This document shows, one piece after another, positions 19,006 through 29,522 of a stretch of DNA of 64,000 nt. A program made the position numbers and the translations under genes. Positions within the stretch are counted from its first letter, which is position 1. The number at the start of each line of letters is the position of its first letter. Under the pieces are notes generated by a model. The model was not told the DNA's origin, ran no database searches, and was given only the letters and a program-made list of their open reading frames with translations. This stretch comes from Gemmatimonadales bacterium (GTDB lineage: Bacteria > Gemmatimonadota > Gemmatimonadetes > Gemmatimonadales > GWC2-71-9), in assembly GCA_041613315.1 (NCBI GenBank), contig JBFJHJ010000009.1, positions 11,607 to 75,606 on the forward strand. The letters are read 5' to 3'.

Positions 19006-21363
19006 ATGAACGTCTCAGTGAATTGGCTGTCGGCGCTCCTCGGGCGCGAGGTCGATCCGGTCGACGCGGCCCACCGCCTCGCGATGCTCGCCGCGCCCGT
19101 GGACGCGATCGAGCCCCTCCACCGCGACCTGGGGGACGTGATCGTCGGGCTCGTGGAACGCGTCGAGCGGCACCCCAATGCCGATCGCCTCACGCTGTGC
19201 CGCGTGCACAACGGCCGCGACATCGTGGAGGTCGTATGCGGCGCGCCCAACGTCACCGCCGGGACGAAGTATCCGTATGCGCCGGCCGGCGCCGTCCTGC
19301 CGGGAGGACTCAAGCTCACGGAGCGGAAGATCCGCGGCGTCACGTCGCACGGCATGCTCTGTTCGGCCCAGGAGCTGGGCCTGGGGAGCGACCACGAAGG
19401 GATCATGGAGCTGCGGACCGACGCGGCGCCCGGGACCTCCCTGGTGGACGCCCTGCCGGTGGCCGACACGCGGCTCGAGCTGGATGTGACGCCCAACCGG
19501 CCGGACCTCCTGTGCCACCGCGGCGTCGCCCGAGAGTTGGGCGCGGCGTACGGCGTTCCCGTCCGACTGCCGGCGATCCCCGGCGCGCGCCACGAGAGTG
19601 CCGCCCCGCGGCGGGTCAAGCGTAGCGGCACCGTGGGAGGGATCACCGTCACGATCGACGACGTGGACGGGTGCCCCCGCTATCTCGCGGCCGTCATCAA
19701 CGGACTCACGATCGGCCCGTCGCCCGCCTGGCTCGAAGCCCGCCTTCGCAGCGTGGGCGCCCGGCCGATCAACAACGTCGTGGATGCGACCAACTACATC
19801 CTCTACGAGCTCAACCAGCCGATGCACGCGTTCGACCTGCGGCGTCTGCGGGGTGACGCCATCATCGTTCGGCGGGCACGCGCCGGAGAGCGCATCACGA
19901 CGCTGGATGGCGAGGCTCGGGCGCTGACGCCCGAGATGACGATGATCTGTGACGCGGAGGGCCCGACGGCGATCGCCGGGGTGATGGGTGGAGCGGCGTC
20001 CGAGGTGACCCCTGACACCACCGACGTGCTCCTGGAGTGCGCGTACTTCGATCCCACGCGCATCCGGCACACGCGTAAGGCGCTGAAGATGAGCACCGAG
20101 GCGTCGTACCGCTTCGAGCGGGGCCTCGACCTCCAGGCGATGAGCGAGGCGGTGCGCCGGGCGGTGGCACTCATCCGGGCGGTCGCCGGCGGTGAGGAAC
20201 CGGAGCCGGCTGTCGACGTCTGTCCCGAGCCGCCCCCCACCCAGACGGTGTTCCTCCGCCCGGAGCGGGTCACGCATGTGCTCGGCGTCCCGATCGACCG
20301 CGAGGAGGTCGAGCGCCACCTCGTCAGCGTGGGGTTCGCCGTGGCGCCCAAGGACGACCGCCTCCACGTCCAGGTCCCGGGCTGGCGCCCCGATGTGACG
20401 CGCGAGGCCGACCTCATCGAGGAGGTGGCGCGGCTGCGCGGCTTCGACGGCTTCCCCGTCGAGCTCCGGCCGTTCCGGCCGAGCAGCGTGCCGAACGATC
20501 CCGTCGAGCCCCTCAAAGGGCGGATCCGGCGCGTCCTCACCGCCCTCGGGTTGCATGAGGCGCGGACCAATCCGCTCGTCCGGACGGGGTCGCCGTCGGC
20601 GCAAGCCGTGCTCAACCCGCTGTCCGAGGACGAAGCGTTCCTCCGGGAGGGGCTGCTGCCTGGGCTCGTGGCGTCCGTGGAGCGCAATTGGTCGGCCCGC
20701 GTGCGCGACGTCCGCCTCTTCGAGATTGGCGTGACCTTCCGGGCGCAGGAGTGTGGACGGCTCCCGGTCGAGACGCTCATGGTGGCCGGGCTCGTCACCG
20801 GGGCCCGGACGCCGCCCCACTGGTCGATTCCCGCGGGGGCGCCCGACTACGACGCCTGGGACCTGCGGGGGTTGTTCGGCGAGGCGGCGCAGGTTGCGTT
20901 TCCGTCGGGTCGCGTGTCGGGCGGCGAGGGCGGCTGGGTGGTCCAGGATGCGACCGGTGCCGTTCGGGGTCGGGCCGGGGTTCTGAAGGCCGACCGACCC
21001 CAGTGGGCGGCCCCGCTCTTCGGGTTCGAGATCGAGGTGGAGGTGGCGGAGCGGCGCACCGCGGCGTACCATCCTCTACCGACCACGCCACCCATCGAGC
21101 GGGACGTGGCGCTGGTTCTGCCGGACGGCGTCACGGCGGCACGGGTCGAGGCGGTGATGCGTGAGGCGGGCGGCGCGTTGCTGGAACGGGTCACGGTCTT
21201 CGACGAGTACCGCGCACGGGAGTTGGGAGGCCGGAGCGTCGCGTGGCGCCTCGTATTGCGGGCGCGGGACCGCACGCTTCGTGACGAGGAGGCCGATCGT
21301 ACGATCGGCTCGGTCCTGTCGGCGCTCCGGGAGCAACTCGGTGTCGAACGACGACAGGCTTGA
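19006..21363 (+). CDS. pheT: Phenylalanine-tRNA ligase beta subunit
   Basis: HPNADRL, VVCGAPN, SHGMLCS, TPNRPDLL, INNVVDATNY, ASYRFERG, ferredoxin-fold C-terminus. Confidence 0.97.
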   Translation: MNVSVNWLSALLGREVDPVDAAHRLAMLAAPVDAIEPLHRDLGDVIVGLVERVERHPNADRLTLCRVHNGRDIVEVVCGAPNVTAGTKYPYAPAGAVLPGGLKLTERKIRGVTSHGMLCSAQELGLGSDHEGIMELRTDAAPGTSLVDALPVADTRLELDVTPNRPDLLCHRGVARELGAAYGVPVRLPAIPGARHESAAPRRVKRSGTVGGITVTIDDVDGCPRYLAAVINGLTIGPSPAWLEARLRSVGARPINNVVDATNYILYELNQPMHAFDLRRLRGDAIIVRRARAGERITTLDGEARALTPEMTMICDAEGPTAIAGVMGGAASEVTPDTTDVLLECAYFDPTRIRHTRKALKMSTEASYRFERGLDLQAMSEAVRRAVALIRAVAGGEEPEPAVDVCPEPPPTQTVFLRPERVTHVLGVPIDREEVERHLVSVGFAVAPKDDRLHVQVPGWRPDVTREADLIEEVARLRGFDGFPVELRPFRPSSVPNDPVEPLKGRIRRVLTALGLHEARTNPLVRTGSPSAQAVLNPLSEDEAFLREGLLPGLVASVERNWSARVRDVRLFEIGVTFRAQECGRLPVETLMVAGLVTGARTPPHWSIPAGAPDYDAWDLRGLFGEAAQVAFPSGRVSGGEGGWVVQDATGAVRGRAGVLKADRPQWAAPLFGFEIEVEVAERRTAAYHPLPTTPPIERDVALVLPDGVTAARVEAVMREAGGALLERVTVFDEYRARELGGRSVAWRLVLRARDRTLRDEEADRTIGSVLSALREQLGVERRQA

Positions 21364-21637
21364 TCTCGCCGCGCTCGCGGAGCTGGAGCGGGTGCTTGCG
21401 CACCTGAGCGACGAACTGGCGACCTGGCGGCGGCGCGCGCTCACCGCGGAGGCGCAGCAGGCGGAGCTCGGCATCGACCACGACATCGTCGCCGCTCGGG
21501 AGCGGGTGGTGGAACTCGAGGACGAGAACGCCGAATACGCGCGGCGCCTCGACGGGGCGCGGACCCGCGTCGCCGAGTTGTTGGCGCGGCTCCGGTTTCT
21601 CGAGGAGCAGGTGGCGCTAGAGGAGCCGACCCGATGA
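21341..21637 (+). CDS. Small coiled-coil protein (ZapB-like position)
   Basis: Coiled-coil ORF between pheT and zapA, overlapping both; GTG start. Confidence 0.7.
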   Translation: MSNDDRLDLAALAELERVLAHLSDELATWRRRALTAEAQQAELGIDHDIVAARERVVELEDENAEYARRLDGARTRVAELLARLRFLEEQVALEEPTR

Positions 21638-21969
21638 CCGACAAGAAGACGGTGGTCAAGGTCACTATTGGCGGCGACGAGTACAGCCTCCGTTCGGATC
21701 GCTCGCCGGAGTACACGCGCGCAGTCGCCGAACACGTGGACCGTGCCCTCAAGGACGTGTTGGCCGTCAGCGCCATCGTGGAGACGCACAAGGCCGCCAT
21801 CCTCACCGCCCTGGCGATCACGGATGAGCTCTTTCAGTCACGCCAGGCGCAACGGGAGTTGGCCGACCGGCTCAACCGGCTCGCGGGTGAGCTGTCCCGT
21901 CTCCTTCCTCCGAGCAAGCGGCGGTCGAGCGCAGCGGAAACGTTTGCCTCGTCGCCGGAGGGCGCGTAA
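21634..21969 (+). CDS. zapA: Cell division protein ZapA
   Basis: VKVTIGGDEYSL...VAEHVD...AAILTALAITDEL; typical pheT-zapA-rny synteny. Confidence 0.88.
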   Translation: MTDKKTVVKVTIGGDEYSLRSDRSPEYTRAVAEHVDRALKDVLAVSAIVETHKAAILTALAITDELFQSRQAQRELADRLNRLAGELSRLLPPSKRRSSAAETFASSPEGA

Positions 21970-22068
21970 TTTCCGATAGCGCCTAGCGCCACCGCTGGAC
22001 AGAGTCTGCGACGATACCTGCGGCGCGCCCTCCTCGCGGAGCCGGTGCCCGCCGCGTGGAGATAGATT

Positions 22069-23652
22069 ATGTCAGCCGATCAGCTGGTACTCGTGATCGT
22101 GGCCGTCCTCGGCGGCGCAGGACTCGCCGGGGCGGTTTTTTTCGTTGTGGGGCGGCGCACCGAGCGGCGCGAGGCGGAGGCGGCCGGACGCGCGGCGGAG
22201 CAAACGGCGGAGCGCCTCCTGGGGCAGGCACGGCGGGATTCGGAATCGGCGAAGGCCGAAGCGATCCTGGCGGCGAAAGAAGAGATCATGCAGGCGCGGG
22301 AGCTGTGGGAGCGGGAGGCAAAGGATCGTCGGGAGGAGATGGACCGCCTGCAGCAACGGCTCGAGCAGCGCGACGCGTTGGTGGAGCGCAAGCTGAGCAC
22401 GCTCGAGGAGAATGGTCGCGAACTGGAACAGCGGGAGCAGGCGCTCGCGACCCGAGAGCAGGCGGTGGCCGCGCGCGACGCGGAGCTCGACCAGCTGATC
22501 GCGGAACGCCGTCGGCGCCTCGAGCACACCGCCGGCCTCACGGCGGCCGAGGCGAAGGCCCAACTGGTGCAGGATCTGACCGAGGAGGCGCGCAGCGAGG
22601 CCGCCGCGATCGTGCGCGACATCAAAGAAGAGGCCAAGCGGGCGGCCGATCGCGAGAGCAAGAAGATCCTGGCGTTGGCGATTCAGCGGATGGCGGCGGA
22701 GCAGACCACGGAATCCACGGTCTCGGCCGTCGCCCTCCCCGGCGATGACATGAAGGGGCGGATCATCGGGCGCGAAGGCCGGAACATCCGGGCGTTCGAG
22801 ACGGCGACCGGGGTGGACGTGATCATCGACGATACCCCGGACACAGTCGTGATCTCGTGCTTTGAGCCGATTCGGCGCGAGGTGGCCCGGCGGGCGCTGG
22901 AGCAGCTCATCGCCGACGGCCGCATTCATCCGGGCCGGATCGAAGAGGTGGTGGCGAAGGTTCGCGAGGAGCTCGAGCAGCAGCTCACGGAGGTCGGTGA
23001 ACAGACGGTCTACGACCTCGGGATCCACGGCATGCATCCCGAGTTGATCAAGCTGGTGGGCCGGATGCGCTTCCGCACGTCGTACGGCCAGAACATGCTT
23101 GCCCACTCGAAGGAAGTCGCGTGGCTCGCCGGGATCATGGCGTCGGAGTTGAAGCTCGACGTGCACCTGGCGAAGCGCGGTGCCCTTCTCCACGATATCG
23201 GGAAGGTCCTCACCCACCAGCACGAGGGCACGCACGTCCAGCTGGGCGTGGAGGTCGCCACGCGCTACGCCGAGCACCCCGTCGTGATCAACGCGATCGC
23301 GGCCCACCACGACGACGTGCCCCACGAATCCCCCATCTCGGTCATCGTGCAGGCCGCCGACGCGGTGAGCGGCGCCCGGCCCGGCGCCCGGCGCGAGGCG
23401 TTCGAGACCTACGTGAAGCGGCTCACCGCGCTGGAGCAGATCGCGACGAGCTACAACGGCGTGGAGAAGGCGTACGCGATTCAGGCCGGCCGGGAAGTGC
23501 GGATTGCCGTTCTCCCCGACAAGATGGACGACGGCAAGGCGGCGGAGCTGTCGGAACAGGTGGCGCGGCGCATCGAGAGCGAACTGCAGTACCCCGGCCA
23601 GATCAAAGTGGTGGTCATTCGCGAGACGCGGGCGGTGGAATTTGCCCGCTAG
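22069..23652 (+). CDS. rny: Ribonuclease Y
   Basis: N-terminal TM helix, coiled coil, KH (MKGRIIGREGRNIR), HD (LLHDIGK), AIQAGREVR. Confidence 0.97.
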   Translation: MSADQLVLVIVAVLGGAGLAGAVFFVVGRRTERREAEAAGRAAEQTAERLLGQARRDSESAKAEAILAAKEEIMQARELWEREAKDRREEMDRLQQRLEQRDALVERKLSTLEENGRELEQREQALATREQAVAARDAELDQLIAERRRRLEHTAGLTAAEAKAQLVQDLTEEARSEAAAIVRDIKEEAKRAADRESKKILALAIQRMAAEQTTESTVSAVALPGDDMKGRIIGREGRNIRAFETATGVDVIIDDTPDTVVISCFEPIRREVARRALEQLIADGRIHPGRIEEVVAKVREELEQQLTEVGEQTVYDLGIHGMHPELIKLVGRMRFRTSYGQNMLAHSKEVAWLAGIMASELKLDVHLAKRGALLHDIGKVLTHQHEGTHVQLGVEVATRYAEHPVVINAIAAHHDDVPHESPISVIVQAADAVSGARPGARREAFETYVKRLTALEQIATSYNGVEKAYAIQAGREVRIAVLPDKMDDGKAAELSEQVARRIESELQYPGQIKVVVIRETRAVEFAR

Positions 23653-24529
23653 GATCATCAGCGGGACCGAGATCGCGAGCGCCATCCGGGCGGAGTTGGT
23701 GCCCCAGATCGCGGCGCTCAAGCGGAAGGGTATGACCCCCGGTCTCGCCGTGGTGCTGGTGGGCGACGATCCCGCGAGCCGCGTATACGTCCGGATGAAG
23801 GGACGGGCGTGCACCGACGCGGGGATGCACAGCGAGACCGTCATGCTCGGGGCCGAGACCTCCGAGGTCGAGCTGCTGGAGGTGCTGGACCGCCTGAACC
23901 ATGATCCCAAGATCCACGGGATTCTGGTTCAGCTCCCCCTGCCGGACCACATCGACGAGCAACGCGTGCTACAGGCCGTGCGCGTTGGCAAAGACGTGGA
24001 TGGATTCCATCCGGAAAACGTCGGAAAGGTCGCGGTCGGGGATCCCTCGGGGTTTGCGCCGGCGACCCCCTACGGGATCCAGCAGCTGCTCATGCGCAGC
24101 GGCATCGAAACTGTGGGCGCCCATGCGGTGATCGTGGGGCGATCGAACATCGTGGGCCGTCCGATGGCCTCGCTGCTGCTCCAGCGCGGCCGGGGCGGAG
24201 ACGCCACGGTCACCGTGTGCCACTCACGGACGCGGCACCTCGCCGAGGTGACGCGCCAGGCCGACATTCTCATCGTGGCCATCGGGCGGGCGCGGTTCGT
24301 GACCGGCGACATGGTCCGACCGGGAGCGGTCGTGATCGACGTCGGGACGAACCGCGTCGAGGATCCGTCGACAAAGAAAGGCTATCGGCTGGTGGGTGAC
24401 GTCGACTTCGAGGCGGCGCGGCGCGTCGCGACCGCCATCACGCCCGTGCCCGGCGGGGTGGGCCCGATGACCATCGCCGGGCTCCTTTGCAACACCGTGC
24501 AGGCCGCGCGTCGGACGCTGGAGGACTGA
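23642..24529 (+). CDS. folD: Bifunctional methylenetetrahydrofolate dehydrogenase/cyclohydrolase
   Basis: PGLAVVLVGDDPAS..YV, GILVQLPLP, KDVDGFHP, GRSNIVGRP, TPVPGGVGPMT; TTG start overlaps the rny end. Confidence 0.96.
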   Translation: MPARIISGTEIASAIRAELVPQIAALKRKGMTPGLAVVLVGDDPASRVYVRMKGRACTDAGMHSETVMLGAETSEVELLEVLDRLNHDPKIHGILVQLPLPDHIDEQRVLQAVRVGKDVDGFHPENVGKVAVGDPSGFAPATPYGIQQLLMRSGIETVGAHAVIVGRSNIVGRPMASLLLQRGRGGDATVTVCHSRTRHLAEVTRQADILIVAIGRARFVTGDMVRPGAVVIDVGTNRVEDPSTKKGYRLVGDVDFEAARRVATAITPVPGGVGPMTIAGLLCNTVQAARRTLED

Positions 24530-24534
24530 GCCTC

Positions 24535-25707
24535 GTGAGCGGCGGACCGAGCCTGTTCGACGCGGCCCCCCCCGCCTCATCGGAGGGAGCGTGGAGCGTC
24601 GCCGACGTGACGCGGCAGGCCCGACGGCTCGTCGAGGCCGGGTTCACGCGCCTCTGGGTCCAGGGCGAAGTGAGCGGCATCAAGGCCTACCGGAGCGGGC
24701 ACTGGTATTTCACGCTGCGCGATGCGCAGGCACAGGTGCGGTGTGTCATGTGGCGCACCGACAACCAGCGACTCCCCGGGCCGCCGGACGACGGCGCGCA
24801 GGTGTTCGTCGAGGCGCGCCCCACCGTCTGGGAGGAGCGCGGCGAGTTCCGGCTCACGGTCAAGGAGCTCCTGCCGACCGCCGCCGGGGGGCCGTGGCAG
24901 CTGCAGTTCGAGCGCGCTAAAGCGGCGCTCCAGAAGGACGGTCTCCTCGATGCCGCGCGAAAGCGGCCGCTGCCGCCGTTCCCCGAGCGGATCGCTTTCG
25001 TGACGAGCCTGGACGGCGCCGCGTTCCGGGACGTCGCATCGGTCCTGGAGCGTCGGTGGCCTGGGGTCGAGCTCTGGGTCGTGCCGACGCGCGTGCAGGG
25101 CGACGGCGCGGAGCGGGAGATCTGCTGGGCACTCACGCTGGTGAATCGGCTCCCGGATGTGGACGTGGTGATCGTCGGGCGGGGCGGTGGGTCGCGCGAG
25201 GACCTCTGGGTGTTCAACAGCGAGCGCGTCGCCCGGGCGGTCGCCGCGCTGCGCGTGCCCTCGGTGTCCGCTGTGGGGCACGAGACGGACGTGACGCTCA
25301 CGGACCTGGTCGCGGACGTGCGGGCCGCCACGCCCAGCGCCGCCGCGGAGGCGGTGGTACCGGATCGGAGCGAAGCGCGGGATCGGCTGCAGGCCGTCGC
25401 CCGGCGGATGGCTCGGGGGCTGGCCGGCCGGGCGAGCCTCGGGCGCGAGCGGCTCGAGCGGACGGGTGACCGGCTGCAGGCCGCCGTGGTGGCGCAGATG
25501 GAGCGCCGGGCCGCGCGGCTGGAGCGCCTCGGGCTCCAACTCGATGCCCTGAGCCCGCTGCGCGTGCTGGGGCGCGGGTACGCCGTCGCTCGAGACGCAG
25601 ACAACCGGATCCTCAAACGCGTCGCGCAGTTTCCGCCGGGGCTCCGGTTCCGCCTCACCGTCTCTGACGGTGACGTCGGCGCGCGGGCGGGCGGAGGCGA
25701 CGCATGA
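24535..25707 (+). CDS. xseA: Exodeoxyribonuclease VII large subunit
   Basis: WVQGEVS, SGHWYFTLRD, GRGGGSREDL, SAVGHETD, TPSAAAE. Confidence 0.95.
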   Translation: MSGGPSLFDAAPPASSEGAWSVADVTRQARRLVEAGFTRLWVQGEVSGIKAYRSGHWYFTLRDAQAQVRCVMWRTDNQRLPGPPDDGAQVFVEARPTVWEERGEFRLTVKELLPTAAGGPWQLQFERAKAALQKDGLLDAARKRPLPPFPERIAFVTSLDGAAFRDVASVLERRWPGVELWVVPTRVQGDGAEREICWALTLVNRLPDVDVVIVGRGGGSREDLWVFNSERVARAVAALRVPSVSAVGHETDVTLTDLVADVRAATPSAAAEAVVPDRSEARDRLQAVARRMARGLAGRASLGRERLERTGDRLQAAVVAQMERRAARLERLGLQLDALSPLRVLGRGYAVARDADNRILKRVAQFPPGLRFRLTVSDGDVGARAGGGDA

Positions 25708-25931
25708 GCCGCTCCAAGCCCTCGTTCCGCACGGAGCTCGACCGCCTCGAGGCCATCGTCCGCGAGCTGGAGGATGCCGACCTCGATCTCGACCGCGCGC
25801 TCGAGCTCTTCCAGGAAGGCGTTACCCGCCTCAAGACCGCGCGCTCGATGCTCCAAGATTCCGAGTTGACCGTGAAGCGGGTGTTGGAGGCTGCCGACGG
25901 GACGATCCGCGCGAGCGACGTCGACGCCTGA
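25704..25931 (+). CDS. xseB: Exodeoxyribonuclease VII small subunit
   Basis: [23 protein letters not shown]. Confidence 0.92.
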   Translation: MSRSKPSFRTELDRLEAIVRELEDADLDLDRALELFQEGVTRLKTARSMLQDSELTVKRVLEAADGTIRASDVDA

Positions 25932-25974
25932 GCTCGACGCGTTCCTGACCGACACGCGGCGGGCGGTCGGCCAC

Positions 25975-26817
25975 GTGCTCGAGCGCTGGGGCGCGTGGGC
26001 CAGGGCCGAGCTGGGTGAGCCGGTCGGGCAGGCCGTCGCCTATGGTTTCGCGACGTCGGGTAAGCGGCTTCGGCCGGCGCTGGTGGTTGCCGCGTACCGC
26101 GAGCTCGGTGGGGAGGGAGACGTCACCGAGCTCGCCGCCGCCGTCGAGATCGTGCACACCTATTCGCTGGTGCACGACGACCTCCCGTGTATGGACGACG
26201 ACGACGTGCGCCGCGGCCGGCCGACGATCCATCGCCGGTTCGATGTGGCGACTGCGACGGAGGCGGGGTTTCGGATGGTGCCGCTCTCGGCCCGTGTGCT
26301 GGCCGGGGGCGCCCGCCGCCTGGGCCTCCGGCCCCCCACGTTGAGGGCGATCGCACGGGAGCTGTTCCAGGCGGCGGGCGCCGGCGGCATGATTAGCGGG
26401 CAGGTGGCGGACTTGGAGGCAGAAGCCCGCTCCGTGACGGCCACAGACCTCGCCGACATTCACCGCAAGAAGACCGGCGCGCTCATCAGGGCCAGCGCGG
26501 TCGTGGGTGCGCTCGCCGCGGGCGCGGACGGGGCGCGCCTGGAGGCGGTCCGTCACTACGGCAGGGAGATCGGGCTGGCGTTCCAAATCGTGGATGACGT
26601 CCTCGACACGACGGCGAGCTCCAGCGAGCTGGGGAAGACGGCCGGCAAGGATGCGCGGCAGCGGAAGGCGAGCTTCGTGACGCTGCTGGGCGTCGACACG
26701 GCCCGCGAGACGGCGCAGGGCCACGCGGCGCGCGCCGTGGACCATCTTCGTGCGGCCGGGCTAGATTCCGGCCTGCTGGCGTCCATCGCCCGGCTCGTCG
26801 TCGCGCGGCGATCATGA
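25975..26817 (+). CDS. ispA: Polyprenyl (farnesyl/geranylgeranyl) diphosphate synthase; start uncertain
   Basis: [46 protein letters not shown]. Confidence 0.92.
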   Translation: MLERWGAWARAELGEPVGQAVAYGFATSGKRLRPALVVAAYRELGGEGDVTELAAAVEIVHTYSLVHDDLPCMDDDDVRRGRPTIHRRFDVATATEAGFRMVPLSARVLAGGARRLGLRPPTLRAIARELFQAAGAGGMISGQVADLEAEARSVTATDLADIHRKKTGALIRASAVVGALAAGADGARLEAVRHYGREIGLAFQIVDDVLDTTASSSELGKTAGKDARQRKASFVTLLGVDTARETAQGHAARAVDHLRAAGLDSGLLASIARLVVARRS

Positions 26818-26937
26818 GGGGCCGCCTGGCGACGTGGCGGTCGCGCGGTCGATGGGACGCACCTCGCCGGAACGGGGACGCGATGTCACCATGAGCGACG
26901 CCCGCCTCCACGCGACGCGCTGCGAGTGCCGGCGCCG

Positions 26938-27822
26938 ATGAAGATCGGCGTCATCGGGAACCCGCGGTACGACGCGCTGCAGGGCCTTCTCGCGCGCCTC
27001 GCCGCGCGGGCCCCCGCGCACCGCTTCGACCTGCACTCGGAGCGGGCACTGGAACACCTGTGGCCGGGCACCGTGCGTCCCCTCGCCTCCGCGCTCGACG
27101 CACTCGACCTGCTCGTGACGTTCGGCGGAGACGGGACGCTGCTGCGCGGCGCGCGCCTGCTCGCCGGACGGGCGGCGCCCATCCTCGGTGTAAACCTGGG
27201 CCGGGTGGGCTTTCTCACGACCGCGACCCCGGAGGATCTGGAGCAGGCGCTCGACGCCGTCGCGCGCGGCAGCTACGAGCTGGAAAGTCGGCGCACCCTC
27301 GAAGCCCGGCTGCTCGACCGACAGGGCACCGAGCGCGCGGTGGAACCTGCCCTGAACGACGTCGTGGTGCACAAAGCTGGTGTCGCTCGGGTGATCAGCG
27401 TACGGGTCGCGGTGGACGACGAGGAGATCGGCCGCTACAGCGCGGACGGCATCATCGTCGCCACGCCCACAGGCTCCACGGCGTACTCGCTGAGCGCCGG
27501 GGGACCGATCGTGGTCCCAGGCGTTGACGCATTGGTGATTACGGCGATCTGTCCCCATACCCTCGCGGTGCGCCCCATCGTGGTGCCGGGCGACGCGCGT
27601 ATCACGCTCGAGCTCTTGCCGCCCGGTCTGGAAGACGTGCTTGTCTCGTGCGACGGGCAAGTGGGGACGGTGATCGAGCCCGGCCACCGCGTGGTCGTCC
27701 AGCGCTCGGCGGTCGCCGTGCGTTTGATACGCCTGGGGCGGGAAGGGTTCTTCGCTCGGATGCGACGGAAGCTACAATGGGGAGACTTGACGGACCGGGA
27801 GCGGCCGAGCGGTGCTGACTGA
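26938..27822 (+). CDS. nadK: NAD kinase
   Basis: GGDGTLL, GVNLGRVGFL, ALND, DGIIVATPTGSTAYSLSAGGP. Confidence 0.96.
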   Translation: MKIGVIGNPRYDALQGLLARLAARAPAHRFDLHSERALEHLWPGTVRPLASALDALDLLVTFGGDGTLLRGARLLAGRAAPILGVNLGRVGFLTTATPEDLEQALDAVARGSYELESRRTLEARLLDRQGTERAVEPALNDVVVHKAGVARVISVRVAVDDEEIGRYSADGIIVATPTGSTAYSLSAGGPIVVPGVDALVITAICPHTLAVRPIVVPGDARITLELLPPGLEDVLVSCDGQVGTVIEPGHRVVVQRSAVAVRLIRLGREGFFARMRRKLQWGDLTDRERPSGAD

Positions 27823-29506
27823 GCTGCGGGTGCGGGACCTCGCCGTGATCGCGGACGTGACCTTGCCGCTCAAGCCGGGACTCAACGTGCTGACCGGCGA
27901 GACCGGAGCGGGGAAGTCCATGCTGGTGGACGCCCTCTCGCTGCTCTTGGGGGACCGGGCGAGCACCGACCTGGTGCGCCCGGGGACCGCCCGCGCCGTG
28001 GTTGAGGCGGCGTTCGACGTGGCGCGCGTGCCAGGGGTGGAGGCGAAAGCCGACGAGCTGGGCATCGACCTCGAGGACGGTCGTCTGGTCGTGCGGCGCG
28101 AGATCAACGCCGAGGGCCGCAACCGCGCGTGGGCCAACGGCAGCCCCACGACGGTGGGTGCGCTCTCCACGTTGGGACAGCTGCTCGTGGACCTCCACGG
28201 ACAGCACGAGACCCAATCGCTGCTCCGCACGGCCGCCCAACGGGATATCCTGGACGCCTTTGGCGACGCGGACACCGAGCGCGCGCGCGTCGCGGCCGCC
28301 TATGACGAGGCGGCACGGCTGCGCCGCGAGGAAGCCGATCTGGTCGCGAGGCGCGACGACGTTCGTCGCCGCGCGGACTACCTCCAGCACGTGGTGCAGG
28401 AGATCGATGGCGCGAAGCCCAAGCCGGGTGAGGACGAGACGCTGGAGGTCGAGGCTCGGCGGCTCTCCAACGTCGAGGAGTTGACGCGTCTCGCCGAGCG
28501 AATGGCGGACCTGCTGGAGGGGGGTGGGGATGGCGATGATGGTGGTGGGGGCGCCGTGGCGATGCTGGCGGCTGTGGCCCGGGCACTGACGCAGCTTGAG
28601 AAGATCGACGACAGTGTGGCCAAGTGGCGGGAGCTCCTCGACTCGGCATCCGCCAACGTCGAGGAGTTGGCCCTGGCCGTCCGTGAGTACACCTCGGACA
28701 TCGATCTCGATCCGGACCGGCTCGCCGACGTCGAGCGTCGGCGAGACGTGCTCTACCGGCTGAGGCAGAAGTACGGCCCGACGATCGACGCGGTGCTCGG
28801 GACGGCGGAGGAGGCGCGCCACGAGCTCGACTTGCTCGACACCGCCGATCTCGATCTGGAGAAACTGAGCGCGCGTCGCGCGGCGGCGGATGCGGCGCTG
28901 ATCGAGGCGGGCCGGGCGCTGAGCGCGAAGCGGGCGGGCGCGGCGAAGCGCCTAGCAAAGGAGGTGGAGACCCTGCTGCCGGGGCTCGGCATGAAGGAGG
29001 CGCGCGTCTCCGTCGCCCTGGCGCCCCTGGAGGCGGTGAGCACCACCGGCGCCGATCAGGTGACCTTCGTGGTGAAGCCCAATCCCGGGCTCGACGCGCG
29101 TCCGCTGGCACAGGTCGCGAGCGGCGGCGAGCTCTCACGCCTGATGCTGGCGCTCAAGGTCGTCCTGGCTGCCCACGACCGGGTCCCGTCCGTCGTGTTC
29201 GACGAGGTGGACCAGGGGATCGGTGGTGAGGTGGCCCTGCAGATCGCCGAGGCGCTGTCGCACGTCGGTCAGGCACGGCAGGTCCTGGTGATCACGCATC
29301 TGCCGCAGATCGCCGCCCGGGCCGCCCATCACCTGAGCGTGGCGAAGCGTCCACGCGGCGGGATTGCGACGGCGGATGTGCGCGTCCTGGCCGGCGAGGA
29401 ACGTGTCCAGGAGCTCGCGCGCATGCTGGGCGATCCCACCGATCCCGTGGTCGTGCAACACGCCGCGGAGCTGCTGCGCAAACGAGGGGTGGCGGCGACG
29501 GCGTAA
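27812..29506 (+). CDS. recN: DNA repair protein RecN
   Basis: LTGETGAGKS, LHGQHE, ASGGELSRLMLA, FDEVDQGIGG, ITHLPQIAA. Confidence 0.97.
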   Translation: MLTELRVRDLAVIADVTLPLKPGLNVLTGETGAGKSMLVDALSLLLGDRASTDLVRPGTARAVVEAAFDVARVPGVEAKADELGIDLEDGRLVVRREINAEGRNRAWANGSPTTVGALSTLGQLLVDLHGQHETQSLLRTAAQRDILDAFGDADTERARVAAAYDEAARLRREEADLVARRDDVRRRADYLQHVVQEIDGAKPKPGEDETLEVEARRLSNVEELTRLAERMADLLEGGGDGDDGGGGAVAMLAAVARALTQLEKIDDSVAKWRELLDSASANVEELALAVREYTSDIDLDPDRLADVERRRDVLYRLRQKYGPTIDAVLGTAEEARHELDLLDTADLDLEKLSARRAAADAALIEAGRALSAKRAGAAKRLAKEVETLLPGLGMKEARVSVALAPLEAVSTTGADQVTFVVKPNPGLDARPLAQVASGGELSRLMLALKVVLAAHDRVPSVVFDEVDQGIGGEVALQIAEALSHVGQARQVLVITHLPQIAARAAHHLSVAKRPRGGIATADVRVLAGEERVQELARMLGDPTDPVVVQHAAELLRKRGVAATA

Positions 29507-29522
29507 CGATAACACCCGTCCC

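Noticed and set aside
21970..22068. 6S RNA at its common zapA-rny position
   Set aside because: The gap is only about 100 nt and shows no long irregular hairpin, too short for 6S.
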